Shown here: in pieces, positions 11,044 through 24,480 of the stretch
Layout of the letters: each line of letters begins with the position of its first letter
How positions within the stretch are numbered: the first letter of the stretch is position 1
Origin: Azolla caroliniana
Taxonomy: Eukaryota; Plantae; Polypodiophyta
Reading direction: 5' to 3'
Assembly (NCBI GenBank): GCA_043228905.1
Contig: JBHGNT010000001.1
Span: 8,432,001 to 8,496,000 of the forward strand
Length of the DNA: 64,000 nt
The notes under the pieces: generated by a model
What the model was told of the DNA's origin: nothing
What the model saw: the letters and a program-made list of their open reading frames with translations, nothing else
Database searches by the model: none
Position numbers and translations under genes: made by a program

Positions 11044-13872
11044 ATGTCTCGCTGCTATCCATACCCACCCCCTGGATACGAGAAGAAGCCTCATGTGGAG
11101 CTTGGCTTATCACCAAAGGTTTGTGTGGTCTTTAAAACACATGTCACTGCTTCTTTATTTTTGGTTTGGAGTCCTCATCACCATCATTATTGCTTTTGTT
11201 TCAAATATTTGTCAGAAATGTCTTGTGATCCTTGATAACTCGATTGATTATGGTTGAGGAACTAGACTTACAACCAAAGGTTTGTGATCCTTAATCACAC
11301 ATTGCTTTTGTTTAAAACCCATGGTGGTCTGGATTTTCTGCCAGAGATTGGTGATCCTTAACCACGCTGTCATTTTTGTTTGAAAGGTCTGTGACCCTTA
11401 ATAACACACTGATTTGTGACCTATACTGATCATTAAATGTTTGTGATCCTTAAATCACTCACTGCTTTTGGTTTAAATCCACAGGGACCTAGACCTAGTA
11501 TAGGAGCTTTGTGATCCTTAATCATACCTTGATTTTGCTCGAAATCCATGGGGAGCTAGGGTTATTACCCAACGTTTCCGATTTTTAATCATGCATTGAT
11601 TTTGTTTGAAGTCTGTGGGAAACTATGCTGAATCACTAGATTCGTGATCCTTAATCACGTTTTGCTTTCATTTGAAATCCATGGGAACCAAGACTTACTA
11701 CTGGAGGTCTGTAATCCTTAATCACACGTCTGTGATGAACTAGGTTTATAACCAAAGGCATTTTATCAGCCACATCTTTATGATGGATGGATATATATGG
11801 AAATGGAGGAGGAGGAAGAAGTCATTTACATTGCATCATCCACATCTTTATGACATATGGATACAAAGGTTGAGAAGAAGGCATTTTACACTGTAACACA
11901 GCTGTATTTATGTGAAAACAGAAAAATCCTTCCGAAATCTAGTAGCCTCAATGGGCAGTGGAGGACAATGGAGCTCAAAACGTTTCTTGATTTAGTCCTG
12001 TTATTTTCAAGGGACAAGGGTGCCTTGGCTAGCTCTCAGTGCACCTCCATCTACCTTATTTGTATAGTATGATGCCTCTTTCTCGGACAGCATGAATGCA
12101 AGATTGCATATCATGTACTATCTTATATAATTCCAGGATAAGGCTAACTTCTGGTCTGAGTTGTGTGCACTGCTGATAGCAAAAAGAATGATAAAGCTAT
12201 GCATCTTAGCTGCAAGTAAAATAGGTACATAAGGCCATCCGCAATAGTTATATGTAAGTGTAACGACATCAGCCTGATAGGTTAATTATTTTGTCTTCCT
12301 CTTAATTCATTGGGATGGAGACTATATAATATGGACTTTGAAAAATAGATAAAGTTATGCTATTATGTCCTAGATAAGAACTACATAGCATGGCTTAGTT
12401 TTGCACCTTTTAGACATACAAAGAAAGCTTACTGTGTTGTGATAATCTAATGTATGCGTGCCGTGCGGTTTGGGATTGATTACATGCTCTATGTGAATGA
12501 ATTAATATGGAAACAGGGTGTATCATAATTAAAGATATTCTTCAACCTGTGGAATGATGTTAGAGATTATTTTGGTGACATGTTACATTCCCTTTGTTTA
12601 GGATGTTAAATATCTGTTTGGGTGCACAAGTTCTATGATTTACATCCTTTCGGTTTCACGTTCACTTTTTCCTAGGAATCTTGATATCGGTTGTTTTCAT
12701 TGCAAGGGTGTGTAATTTTGTATTATTAGTTTTGTTACCAGAACTTTGGAATCTTGATACTGAAAATAAATTAGTACTGGTATTTGGATTGTATTGATGT
12801 ATCTTCTTCATTGAAGTAACTTAATAGGATGTACAAATTCAATATTATGCCCTTTGTTTCCATTAAAATCTTTAGGATTTCAAGCTCTTATCAGTCCTTT
12901 TATTATTATGTATGGAATGGCTGGATGCTTGGTTTCTTTTATAGATCTTTGTTTTGTTGGAATGTCCTTGAAATGTACACAGTTTTCTAACTTCCACAAT
13001 TTTCGAAGAGAGTGCAGAAAGACAAGCACAAGCACAAAGACAAAAACAAAGACAAGAACAAAGACAAAGACAAAGACAAAAAGAAGAAAAGGAAAAGAGA
13101 CAGCGAGACAAATGGTGACAGCTCACGCCGTGGTAAGGAAAACTTATCATCATTTTCTCCATTACTTGGAGCTAGACTTACATCCTCCTAAAGACAGAAA
13201 ACCCTTTGCATCATTCTGCACCTATTTAATATTTGATAGGTCTATGATGGTGCTTGTGCTTTGTCAGATAAAGATAAGCGATCAAAGAAGTCTCAAGCAT
13301 ATGGAAGCATTGAGGAAGGAATTAACTTAACAAATGGGAAGCTATTGGATACAAAATCTGCAGTCTTCTATGCTGCTGAACATGATGAAACCATCACACT
13401 TCAAAGATCACAAACTGATGTTTCTGGAGGGAAAGTGCTCTTAGATGAGGGGGTGGTTTCTTTGCATAGAGCAAGTGAATATGAGAGTAGATTAGGTTCT
13501 TCACTTACGTTAATATCACCAAAAGTTGCAAGTGAACCTGATAGTAAAATAAATTCTCAGCTTCCCTTGATATCAACAAAATTGATGAGTAATGGAAGTA
13601 TCACTCCATCGAATGATGTATTAGCTCTTACCAAAACAGCTTGTCAAGAAGTTGAGGATGAGTTGATTATTCAAAGACAAGCTCGAGCTGCTCTTGTAGA
13701 GAGAGAGAAGGTATGGTGCGCAATCGATGATCAGGAATGGTTATTTATGTGTAATTCAAGGGACCAGAAGAACGTAATTCTAGAACAAGTTGAAACTCCA
13801 GAAGCATGGGCCGAGGCTGTATATTTACCATCAGTTTGCATACATGCTTTGCCTTATGTGGTTCCAGACTGA
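11044..13872 (+). CDS. Uncharacterised conserved plant protein ('myb-like protein X'-type family), ~267 aa, 3 coding exons
   Basis: Exon 11044-11118 (MSRCYPYPPPGYEKK...SPK|GT); exon 13009 (or 13018)-13132 (K/D-rich, DKHKHKDK...KKKRKR, G|GTAAG); exon 13268-13872 (...DDQEWLF...WAEAVYLPSVCIHALPYVVPD*). Splice phases 0 and 1 are consistent. The N- and C-terminal motifs match a family I recall from angiosperms. Confidence 0.82.
11095..11760 (+). repeat. Degenerate ~67-bp tandem array spanning the exon 1/intron 1 boundary
   Basis: Core GTGATCCTTAATCAC recurs at ~11225, 11284, 11351, 11444, 11511, 11645 and 11711. The unit includes ACCAAAGGTTTGTG. Confidence 0.85.
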
Positions 13873-15784
13873 TGAGCCAAATTTGATGCTGCTGCCAAGC
13901 AGGTATCTTCTATAATACTCTGTTCTTAATAGGTAAAGTTCTTGTTCTGCTTCAGTTGTATAATACCTTGTTTCTGATAGATATAAGAGGCAGAATATTC
14001 CTGTTTACTAATAAATTTTATAATTAGTTGAAAATACTGGAGTTTTTAAGTAAACACCCAACAATTTAGGGGCATTTTGATATATTCCATTAGCTTGGTT
14101 AAATAATATCGATTTCATATATATGTAATATATACATACACACGTATATAGTACTTTATGTTCTGGTTATGTAACACATCGTTTTCTATAGATATATTAC
14201 GTTTTCTAGTTTGGTTTGAACCTAACAATGTTATTATTTTCAAATTTGTTTTGCAGACATTTCTCAGGCTTTCGTTAGAATATTCAGTAGTTCCTGGCTG
14301 CGTGAGGGCACAGAGTACAAACAGTGACTAAAAATAGCTACATTGCTAGTAGTTATTTGCAGTGTGCATCAAAGCAAATATGGTGTTAATAGGTAAAATT
14401 TTGCACCCAAAGTAAAATGTGATAAGGCTTAGCCAAGCTGACCCAGTCACTATTTTTTCAGCCTCTTTTCCATTATTTTCCCGGCATGTTGGTATCAGGC
14501 TTTTCCACAAATTTTCGGAGTATGCCTTGAGTATATGCAATTTGTAAGTGAGAACAGAACAGAATGGCTTTTTCATTCATTTTTCCCTCTGCTATCACTA
14601 CCCTCTTGCACTTGTAAAAAGAAAAACTTTTCGGATCATATCACATTCATGCCATGCAGATCAGTGATGAAAGAAGCAAAATCAAGCAACAAGCCACACT
14701 ATTCCACCTTGATTCCAGAAATTCGACACCATGATTGAATTGAGTAGAAGTAATGTGTATATGGATGGTCATAACAATAATATTATTGCATATAGCATCA
14801 TTATCATGATGTTTAAATCACATGTATGAAGAGATGACACTACATGGTGATATCCAGAGATATGATGGTGGTTAGTTTTGAGAAATTTACAGGCAATAAA
14901 AAACTGCCTTTGTTTTACACTTGTTTGCGCAAAGAAAATGTGCTGTTGCTTGAATCAATCAATGAACAGTAAACTATTTTATGCCAATTTCTTTTATTTC
15001 AAATGGCTCCTTATATGAGAACAATGTGTTTTTGTGGTTTTTTATTGCAATTTACAGAGTTGATTTTTATCTTATAATAATGTGGTATGTACATTTCATC
15101 TTGATTCTATGCACTGTGTTATTTTACAAGAGAATTTTGTGTATTGTCCTGCTGTAAACAAGGAGAAAAAATGTGAAACGACACATACTATATCCAAACA
15201 AGCTCTCTTTTATGTCCATGGGTTAGGCAAGTTTTTGTTGGTTTAAACCTATTATTGTATTGAAGGTTCTTTCTTGTCTTAAACAAGCTGTCATATCCCT
15301 TTTTGTTTCTATGTTGGAAAAAGTAAAAGATTGAGGTTGTTGGATCACCGAAGTCTCATTATTGTAGTGAAGAGGGTCATATGAAGCTTTATGTTGATGT
15401 TTATAAATCAGATTCTCCAATTGATGGTTATGTTTCAGAGGGTAATTTTTCATGCAGACCTATATTATTAAGACAAGATTAAAGAAATGCCCATTAGGTA
15501 TATATAATGAATATTCTTTGTGCATGCATAACTATCTTATTAATACTATAGTATGGGCCCGTTAGCATTAGTGCAGATAGTGATAATTTGAACATGACAA
15601 CCTTGGAATGAAGTATTGTTCTTTGATTATTCACATAATTACTATGTCTAAATTTCATTTCTCTTGAGAATGCCTCTACCATCTTTGACATGGTGGCATA
15701 CTATCAAGCAAGAGTGTTCGAATCCAAAGTATGTGATAGAAGCTTATAGTTGTGCTATGGCACATGGATAGCCATATAAGTAGC

Positions 15785-16025
15785 TAAAATGAGGATTGAA
15801 AAGGGACATGCTCTAAGCCTGATAGTGAGGATTGAAATGAGGATTGAAAAGGGACATCCAGTGCATAATTGTTTTTAGTTTGGTCATAAAATTGAGCTTA
15901 AGAATTTGGTTAGTTTGGTATCTAAACTATCCAAATTGTTTAGGTACCATAATTGTTCAAATTCTTAAGCCATCCAATGCATAATTGTTTTTAGTTTGGT
16001 CATAAAATTGAGCTTAAGAATTTGG
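15785..16025. repeat. Short local duplications
   Basis: AAATGAGGATTGAAAAGGGACAT occurs twice. CATCCA.TGCATAATTGTTTTTAGTTTGGTCATAAAATTGAGCTTAAGAATTTGG occurs twice (~15855, ~15971). Confidence 0.85.
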
Positions 16026-16589
16026 AGAGAAAGTTCCGGTGAGGCATGGTCTCACTTTACCAATACCCTAGAATAGAAGCCTTAGTTTTATTGGTTGTAT
16101 CTAGATATGCATAATCTCCAACAAGCAATGTCTAGAATCTAGATGTGTGAAGTGATCATTCTACCTTGTGGGGGTTTAAGTTTTGCACCATTGCCTATCT
16201 CTTATGCATCCATATGGATATGTGGTATTCATTTATTAGTCCCTACTTTTGATTAATGCAAAGTCTCTATAAACATGCACTTTACGCGACATCTCTCTCT
16301 CTCTCTCTCTCTCTAGACTTGTAAATATATAAAGAAAAAGAGAGATGACCATTGGTAGGGATGCCATTTAAAGAGGCAACAACTACCCTTACTAGATCAT
16401 GCCTTTATAAAATAAATATGTGACGATAAAGTTGTTGAAGAAGCGTTACAACCTGTGACCTAGTATAAAAGAATGATGTTTGAGCGTAACACAGGCCCTA
16501 AGAGGTAAACAAAATTAAAACCAAGTTTAAGCAACTACTCATGAGCAAAATTAAAACTAGTTTAGTATAGCAAAGGAACAACTAGAGTC

Positions 16590-16834
16590 TTTGTAGCTAT
16601 TGACATGTACTATTAGTTGCAAATCCAAATTTAAGAGGGAAATTGAATTGGATTTCATGAAATAGGGTTTTTTTGTAGCTATTGACATGTACTACTAGTT
16701 GCAAATCCAAATTTAAGAGGGAAATTGAATTGGATTTCATGAAATAGGGTTTTTTTGTAGCTATTGACATGTACTACTAGTTGCAAATCCAAATTTAAGA
16801 AGGAAATTGAATAGAATTTCATGGCATAGGGTTT
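16590..16834. repeat. Tandem repeat, 3 x 82 bp
   Basis: TGTAGCTATTGACATGTACTA at 16592, 16674 and 16756. Confidence 0.95.
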
Positions 16835-19519
16835 AAACAAAAAAATAATGGCATTTTACACCATTCCTAAATGTAGGTAGCAATAATATAGAAAATGGAT
16901 TGTTGATAACAAGAATGACGACTCATTATGTAAACACAAATTAGTGTAGTAACTAAAGGTTTGAGTTTGTTAGCTAATCAGAAATTATAAAGGAAGGTTT
17001 TCCCATCAAAACTATTTTCAAGCAAACAATTCATTTACAACCTCATAGAACATTGTTCTAAATGAGATCTATGCTTGTAGCATGTAAATATGAGATGGAC
17101 GTGAAGAAAGCTTTATGTCCATATCAAGATGAAAACCATTGATAATTTATGTGTAACTATTAGTGCTTGCATTTTTAAGATCTAAACAAATACGTAACAT
17201 TTGAGATTATACAAAGAACAAGTTGGGAGTGTGTTTAACACCTCCTACGAAGAAACAAAATAAAACAACTTCTAGGAGACAATTTTGACATATTTTACCT
17301 AATACTCTATGATAAGAGACTAATTATTCTTTTAATGAAATTGAAAGGAAGTTACATACATGAAGTTATGAAGTGCCACACTCAAGGATGGCTAATAATT
17401 CCCCACTGAGTAAGATGCATGATTTGGAGAAAGAGCCCAAGAATCACACTTCTTGGTCAAGTTAATTGCTTTAGGTGTGATACACAACTAGTTGTCTTGT
17501 TAATTTCTTTAATTCAAATAAATAGACTTCTTCTTTGGGTGACCCGTGAATGCATTTACAAAAGAAGTTCAAGTATGTGGGATATTCCCATTTACATTGG
17601 TCTACATTAGAGGAGCCATATTCTTCGTCCATTTTTTCAACTTTGGTCCATCCTTACAACTTACAAGAGGTCAAAAAGTCTCCTACCTTCCATTAAACTC
17701 ATAACAAAATTTGTTTTATTAAGCAAACTCCAAATTGGATGCATAATTTTTGGCCTTTTCACAAACATTTTCTTCGCATGACCGTATGTCTTGGGGGGAT
17801 TTTGTACGAGTTCACGAATACATACTTTATCTTGTTTAACATCTCCTTGACATTGTAAAAACTTGTTTTGAGAACCTTGAACTAGTTTGCTTTTGCTTTT
17901 TTGAAGCTTGCATTTAAGATTTTTTTCAATTCAGCTCGATAAAAAAAATAGAGAGTATACTATGTATCCCTTAACCTCCATATGATTTGTAGGATTATAA
18001 AAGAGCACACACATAATTGTTTTGTGTGGATGTTCCTGATGCATTTTGATGTTTCAAATGTTCTAAGGCTCCCATCACATGACGTAAACAATGACAGAGT
18101 TTGGCGGGCTTCCTAGAGGATTCACAATCATCATGGAGGCTTAACTACGTTGTTGAAGCTTCATTCACATTTCAAATGCTCTTAAAAATTATTCTTACTA
18201 GTGGACTCATCATTTGTATAAATTTCAATGCATATATCTAGTGGGACGTTATATATGTATATGTTATGCATGAAAGATAAAAATGTGTAAGCTTTCCATC
18301 ATGTTGAAAGACAAAATGCAATGTTGCCAGTCATAAGAAATATAAGTAGTGATCACCAACTATTAGCACTAGATGTAAATATTATACCACTCCCACGTGC
18401 ATGTGATCAGAGTCATTCAATGCTAATAATTTTTCTCCAATTTATGTCATAACATTTTGAATTTGTTTATCTATGAGTGATCTTGCATACAATGCTCTGT
18501 AAGAAACAAGCTTATGAAACCCATCTAAAGCACATGATGGAGTGTTAAGCAAAGCAAGTGATAAGCAAACTTCTTAAATCGGGATGCGAATTTTTTTCTT
18601 AAGAAGCTGAGGTTTTAGAAGTGTATTTATGACCATCCATGCTACATCCATGGTCCATGTATGGCTCATCTTGATCCAACTTCCAATAACACTTACTACA
18701 TTGGCATTAACCACAATGTGAATGCATTATTAGTTACTTGAATTATGATACTAACCATTACAAAGTACATGCTAACCGCAACATTACCTATTTGCGTCCT
18801 CTCATGTAATTTAAAGCATATTGTACTTAGTTTTTGCATTATTAGTCAACCAACAATTAAATTGGTGAGTCCCTTAATTGTATATAGCTTAATGATTGAG
18901 TGATTTTCTATGAGTAATATCTTTTCAAATATCAAAATATGCTTTGGATATTTGATAATGGAGACTTTGGATATGTGAATGCCCTTATCGTTCTCTTCTC
19001 CCATGATGCATCTATTCAACCTTTGAAAGGGAGAAAAAGAAGATATAATTTATTGAGTAAAACGAGAATTCGAATTTCGTATTTGGATGCTAATCAATAG
19101 AAAATAACATTCATTTTGGCCCTTGAGGCAAGAGCAAAGATCAAACCTTGTGTTTGGCATCCAAAAGCAAGATGTATTCCTTTCCTAATAAGATAAAAAA
19201 CTATGAATTAAGACATTATGTTTGGTTGTGAAAACGAGGATTGTAACACTTCCCTACACTTGGTCATGTCTTTCTTTTCTCATAGGAGGTCATAAACATC
19301 GATGTCACCACCACGTGTGATTTGACTTGCCTAGATAATTCTATCACATTAGTTCTAAGCCACAATATTAGGAATGTCAACCTAGTGACCTAGCATAAAT
19401 ATTGACCTCATAACGAAGCATAATATCCCTGCCTACTGGTCATATTACTATGTAGTATAGAAGCTAATTGATAGATTCAATACCCAACTCACGAGGAAGC
19501 GTCGTTCATCTTCTGTGTG

Positions 19520-20190
19520 CCAATGTCCAAATAATGAATAATATTGAAATTATGTTGACGTCCAAATAATGAATAGTATCAACATTGCCTCCGACATCCA
19601 AATAACAAACAATATCGACACCATGGCAACATCCAAACAATATCGACACTATGACACTACACTCATGTCCAAAAAATGGGTCGTATTGACATTACACTAA
19701 TGTCCAAAGTATTTATGGTAAAAAATTGACTGATACGAAGAATCATTCAGTAATCATTCAAATCTTCACCATTATTTACCGATAGTATTGTTGTTGTCCT
19801 TGCGTGGTAGCTTTGTAGCAAATGCTTCTGGTCATTCTCCAGATCGTATCGATAGTACCTGATGTCCAAATAATGGATCGTATCGACATTACACTAATGC
19901 CCAAACAATGGATCATATCGACACTACATTGATGTCCAAACAATGGATCGTATCAACAGTGCACTCATGTCCAAATAATGGATCGTATCGACATTGCACG
20001 CATGTCCAAACAATGGGTCGTGTTGACACTACATTGATGTCCAAACAATGGATCGTATCGGCACTACGCTCCACCGTCCAAATTAATGAATACATAGTAT
20101 CAACTTTGCAAGTTGCACCGATGACCAAATAATGAGTAGTGTCACCCACCATTGCACAAATGTCCAAATAATGAATAGTATGGACACTAC
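19520..20190. repeat. ~35-bp minisatellite upstream of the first PPR gene
   Basis: Unit approximately ATGTCCAAA(C/T)AATGGATCGTATCGACACTACACT. Two blocks (~19520-19710 and ~19840-20190). Confidence 0.9.
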
Positions 20191-20343
20191 TTGAACACAA
20201 GGTAGTTTGTTTGTAGCCCACAGAGGATAGATAGTGGGTAAAAATGTCTAGAGACTTGAAAACAGACACATTCCATTCCTTACCTTGTGTGTGACAGGTC
20301 TCTCTACTAGAGATGACTCTGTTCCTCCCCTGCTTCCCCAGCT

Positions 20344-22626
20344 ATGATGACCTCGATGCCGCAATTGGCAAGCAGAACTTGCGACAAAGCTCTCCCTCAA
20401 CAAGAGCCCTTCATCTCTTCTTTGAAGCTATGCATAGACCTCTACCATGGAAGGATCATCCACGCACACATCGTAGAAATCTATGGATTCCAACAAGATC
20501 GATTCATCGAGAATATGGTCATCGACATGTATGGGAGATTCGGAGCTTTGAAAGATGCATTGTGTACATTCTCTTCCATACCTGATCCTAATGTGTTCTC
20601 ATGGAACCTCATGATGAGAGCTTTTGTTAACAATTGGCATAGCCATGAAGCTCTTTTTCTATTTGAGAAAATGAAGTTTGCTAAAAATGTAAGACCTGAT
20701 AGGGTTTCTTTCCTCACCTGTATCTCTGCTTGTGCAGATTTGAAAGATCTAAATGAAGCGAGAAAGATGGAATCGTGTCTATTTGAGAGTGATTTGAACC
20801 TTGATTTAGTGCTCCATAGTGCTCTCATGAATATGTACCACAAGTGTTGTAGCCTTGAAGATGCTCTGAGGATTTTTCATAAGACAGAGAAGGCAGATGT
20901 TGTATGTTGGAATACCATAATTTCTGCTTATTCACAACATGGATTCAGTGATGAAGCTTTCTTTTGTTTTGACGTGATGATGGAGGAAAATGTTAGCCCA
21001 ACGCATGTGACTTATACCACATTGTTCAATCTTTGTGCAAATCAGAAATGGTTAGCAAAAGGTAGACATTTGCATGCTTGCGTGAAGAATAAGAAGAAGA
21101 TGGAAAGCTCTATAGATCTAGATATGGTTCTTGGAAATGCTCTTATAAACATGTATGGCAAATGCAATAGTTTGGACGAAGCTCGAGAAGTATTTGATGA
21201 GATGAGCAATCGGAATTGTGTTACTTGGGGAACTATGATTACAGAATATGCCAGCCAAATGCATGGAAATATGGCTATTCAATTGTTTTACCAAATGCAT
21301 ATGGAAAGCACAATGCCAGACATGATTGTTCGCACAAACACACTTGGTGCATGTGCAACTTTACCCAACCCAAGTCTCGGAAAACACATACATGCATCTC
21401 TCTGTCCATTGTTCATGGATGTTATTGTTGGGACTGCTCTCGTTAACATGTATGGAAAATGCAAGCTCCTGGAGCATGCCAAAACAATATTTGATTATAT
21501 GTCTGAGCACGATGTAATTTCCCACAACACAATGCTTACTTCATTCATTTATTGCGAGGAAAAGATGAGGGCCATACAACATTTTCAACAAATGCTACAA
21601 GAAGGCATCGAGCCAGTAGAGATCACATTCACCATGCTTTTAGATGCGTGTAGTGAAGGGAAACTAGCCGAAGGGAAGTTTGCCCATGCTTGCGTTGTAA
21701 GAGGAGGAAGCTTGAACATAAATGTTGACATCACTACAGCACTTATCACATTTTATGGTAAACATGGCATGCTTAAACATGCAGGATTAGTGTTCGATGA
21801 ATTGTCTGAGAAAGATGTGATCTCATGGAATGCCATGATTGCTGCATGTGCCAGGCAATGCCATCACATTGAGGGATTTAAATGCTTTCATCAAATGCAG
21901 ATGGAATGCTTCATTCCCAATTATGCGACATTTGCAACTAGTCTCTCGGCGTGTGTTACCGAGGCATCATTAGTAGATGGTAAGAGGATGCATGCATGCA
22001 TTGTAGGTGCGTCAATGGAATCTGATATAGTGGTTGGAACATCTTTGATTCATATGTATGGGAAATGTGGAAGCCTAGATCATGCAAAGCTAGTTTTGGA
22101 TGTATTTCCTCATCGAACTGTTGTAACATGGAATACTTTGATCTCAGTATATGCACAACATGGTCAGGGCAAGATGGCTTTGGAGATGTTTCATGATATG
22201 GAATCTAAAGACATCCGCCCTGATAAAGCCACATTCTCCAGTGTTCTTTCAGCATGTAGCCATGGAGGGTATGTGGATGAGGGGCTTCGTTGTTTTCTTT
22301 CGATGCTTCAAGTTCATGGTATTAGACCAACAATTCAACATTTTAATTGTATAATCAACCTTTTAAGTAGGGCAGGGAGACTAGAGGAAGGGGAGAGCTT
22401 GGTGAGCTTTTTGCCGTCACAACCTGTGGACACCTTGTGGACCACATTGCTCAGTGCTTGTAGAATGCATTTGGATGTCAAAAGAGCAAATCGGCTTGCC
22501 AATCAGATGAAGCAAGTTAGCTTTGAGAGTGACTCAACATCTTTGCTCATAGCTAATATCTTTGCATTAGCTGAAATGGAAGGTGGAGTAGGGGTTTTAG
22601 ATGAGAAATGGCAAGAATCAAGGTGA
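20344..22626 (+). CDS. PLS-class pentatricopeptide repeat protein with E domain, no DYW (760 aa, intronless)
   Basis: Repeated P-L-S triplets (VFSWNLMM, ALINMYGKC, DVISWNAMI, VVTWNTLISVYAQHGQG), then P2-L2-S2 (HFNCIINLLSRAG) and E (WTTLLSACRMH). Likely an organellar RNA-editing factor. Confidence 0.95.
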   Translation: MMTSMPQLASRTCDKALPQQEPFISSLKLCIDLYHGRIIHAHIVEIYGFQQDRFIENMVIDMYGRFGALKDALCTFSSIPDPNVFSWNLMMRAFVNNWHSHEALFLFEKMKFAKNVRPDRVSFLTCISACADLKDLNEARKMESCLFESDLNLDLVLHSALMNMYHKCCSLEDALRIFHKTEKADVVCWNTIISAYSQHGFSDEAFFCFDVMMEENVSPTHVTYTTLFNLCANQKWLAKGRHLHACVKNKKKMESSIDLDMVLGNALINMYGKCNSLDEAREVFDEMSNRNCVTWGTMITEYASQMHGNMAIQLFYQMHMESTMPDMIVRTNTLGACATLPNPSLGKHIHASLCPLFMDVIVGTALVNMYGKCKLLEHAKTIFDYMSEHDVISHNTMLTSFIYCEEKMRAIQHFQQMLQEGIEPVEITFTMLLDACSEGKLAEGKFAHACVVRGGSLNINVDITTALITFYGKHGMLKHAGLVFDELSEKDVISWNAMIAACARQCHHIEGFKCFHQMQMECFIPNYATFATSLSACVTEASLVDGKRMHACIVGASMESDIVVGTSLIHMYGKCGSLDHAKLVLDVFPHRTVVTWNTLISVYAQHGQGKMALEMFHDMESKDIRPDKATFSSVLSACSHGGYVDEGLRCFLSMLQVHGIRPTIQHFNCIINLLSRAGRLEEGESLVSFLPSQPVDTLWTTLLSACRMHLDVKRANRLANQMKQVSFESDSTSLLIANIFALAEMEGGVGVLDEKWQESR

Positions 22627-22652
22627 TTTAGATGAGATGAAGGGCATGTCAT

Positions 22653-22822
22653 TTGGCAAAGATATGACCTACCACTCAAAACAAAAGATGGATATCAAAG
22701 GTCTGGATGGAAGAGGCACAAATCAAGGTGATGTAGGTGAAGTGCACTTCTTTAAAATCTCGTTGTGGTGAAGAATTGGCAAAGGTATGAGCTACCACTC
22801 AAAACAAAAGAAGGATATCAAA
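22653..22822. repeat. Direct repeat, 2 x ~46 bp
   Basis: TTGGCAAAG.TATGA.CTACCACTCAAAACAAAAGA.GGATATCAAA occurs twice. Confidence 0.85.
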
Positions 22823-24203
22823 TAAGTGAAGGGGTTCTATGAACAAACGAAGATTACGAGATAGTATCTTGCAAAATTGGCTTACAATAGGGTCCAAATA
22901 TTAATCTCTAACACAGGGATTGCATCCTTTGGTCACTATATTTTTTTCCACACATGACTAAGAACCTTTTCCTTGCACACATGATCCATAAACTATGAAT
23001 TGTAGTTTCCATGCAAAGAAGCATGGATTACATACAAAAGTATGTAATATTTGTATGTATTATAGATGACCACAAGGAATCACTCCTATACATATAATCG
23101 AATAGCATTATTACACATTGCATCATCACAACTTCCTACAATGTTGATATCGTTGAAATTGGTCACATAGAAACTATTGCGTCTCCATATGGTCTATCAC
23201 GACTCACAATCATCTAGCATGTTTATGGATGGTTTTCATGAATGTCTAGTTCATACAACCAAACAAACATATAATGCCAAGTAGAACAAGTGTTTTTAGT
23301 GTATGAATTACTTTTATGCGTTGCTAGCTACTGATTGGAACTAAGCTTGATTTCCTACTAGCATATGCTCGCAGATCTTTTACCAGACTTTGCAATAGAT
23401 ACTAGCACTAAGCATCATGCTTAGTAGGCATTTTGTTGTAGAACACATTAATATGCCATAAGAGTTGTTCATTGGACGTGAATTGAGAAAATTCTTACAA
23501 GTTCACCAATAGATCTCCATTTCTTTCACAAGAGCTAAGGATCTACGGTCATGAAAATCCATGCTACTTGGCCACAAGCCATCATTGAAATTGAATGCAT
23601 GTATTATTCATGAAATATTGTAGCTCCAACCATATGCTCAACCCAACAATAAACTTTGAAAATGTTGATTCAAGATATCAACTTCATATGTTTTGCAACT
23701 TCTATTGTGTACCCAATTGAAACCAAAATGCATCCAACGTAATATCACCCAAGCATGAAAGAACTTGTTTGAAGATAACTTAGAAACTTGTGAGAATTAC
23801 TACAAATTGTATTCAAGATCTTAATTATGTGAATTGAATCTAGATTCACTATAAAGCTCATAATTAAGAATGTACTACAAGAGAATAACTTGAATTCTTG
23901 GGGAAAAAGTACATATGGTGCAGCGGCCAGCCCATGATTCTCATCCTCACCTTTGATCAAAATTCGTGTGTGATTGTTTCAGCACCATACCGACATCGAG
24001 CTCTTTCAAACAGGTTCCAATTGTTTGCGGCTCTGTTCAAGACTTTCTCAAACCAGCCATTCCTTACAAATTCTCGGATCGATTGTCTGCAAAGAGAGGC
24101 CGCCATGAGGATGGTAGGGGTCCGAACTCTCGGAAAATCAGTGTTTTCACACATGAGGATGCGAAGCTGTAGTCGGACAAGAGGTTTTGAAGTGTCCATG
24201 CTG

Positions 24204-24480
24204 CTACTGTATTGTCATGGACCTCTCCTTCTAGAGCTTCTCTTCTACTCTGTGGAACAGGACAGCATCTAATCTCTGTATTAACATGGACCTCTCCTTC
24301 TAGAGCTTCTCTTCTACTCTGTGGAACAGGACAGCATTTACTCTGTATTGTCATGGACCTCTCCTTCTAGAGTTTCTCTTCTACTCTGTGGAACAGGACA
24401 GCATCTACTCTCTGTATTGTCATGGGCCTCTCCTTCTAGAGTTTCTCTTCTACTCTGTGGAACAGGACAGTATCCACTCT
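24204..24480 (+). repeat. Tandem repeat of 4 units (spacing 69, 67, 69 bp) in the 5' end of the second PPR gene
   Basis: CATGG(A/G)CCTCTCCTTCTAGAG at 24216, 24285, 24352 and 24421. Confidence 0.95.

Noticed and set aside
12854-13330. 158-aa ORF with TKTKTK repeats
   Set aside because: Wrong-frame reading of the K/D-rich exon plus intron sequence.
19520-20190. CRISPR-like appearance of the ~35-bp repeats
   Set aside because: Units are contiguous and degenerate with no unique spacers, there are no cas genes, and the context is eukaryotic.
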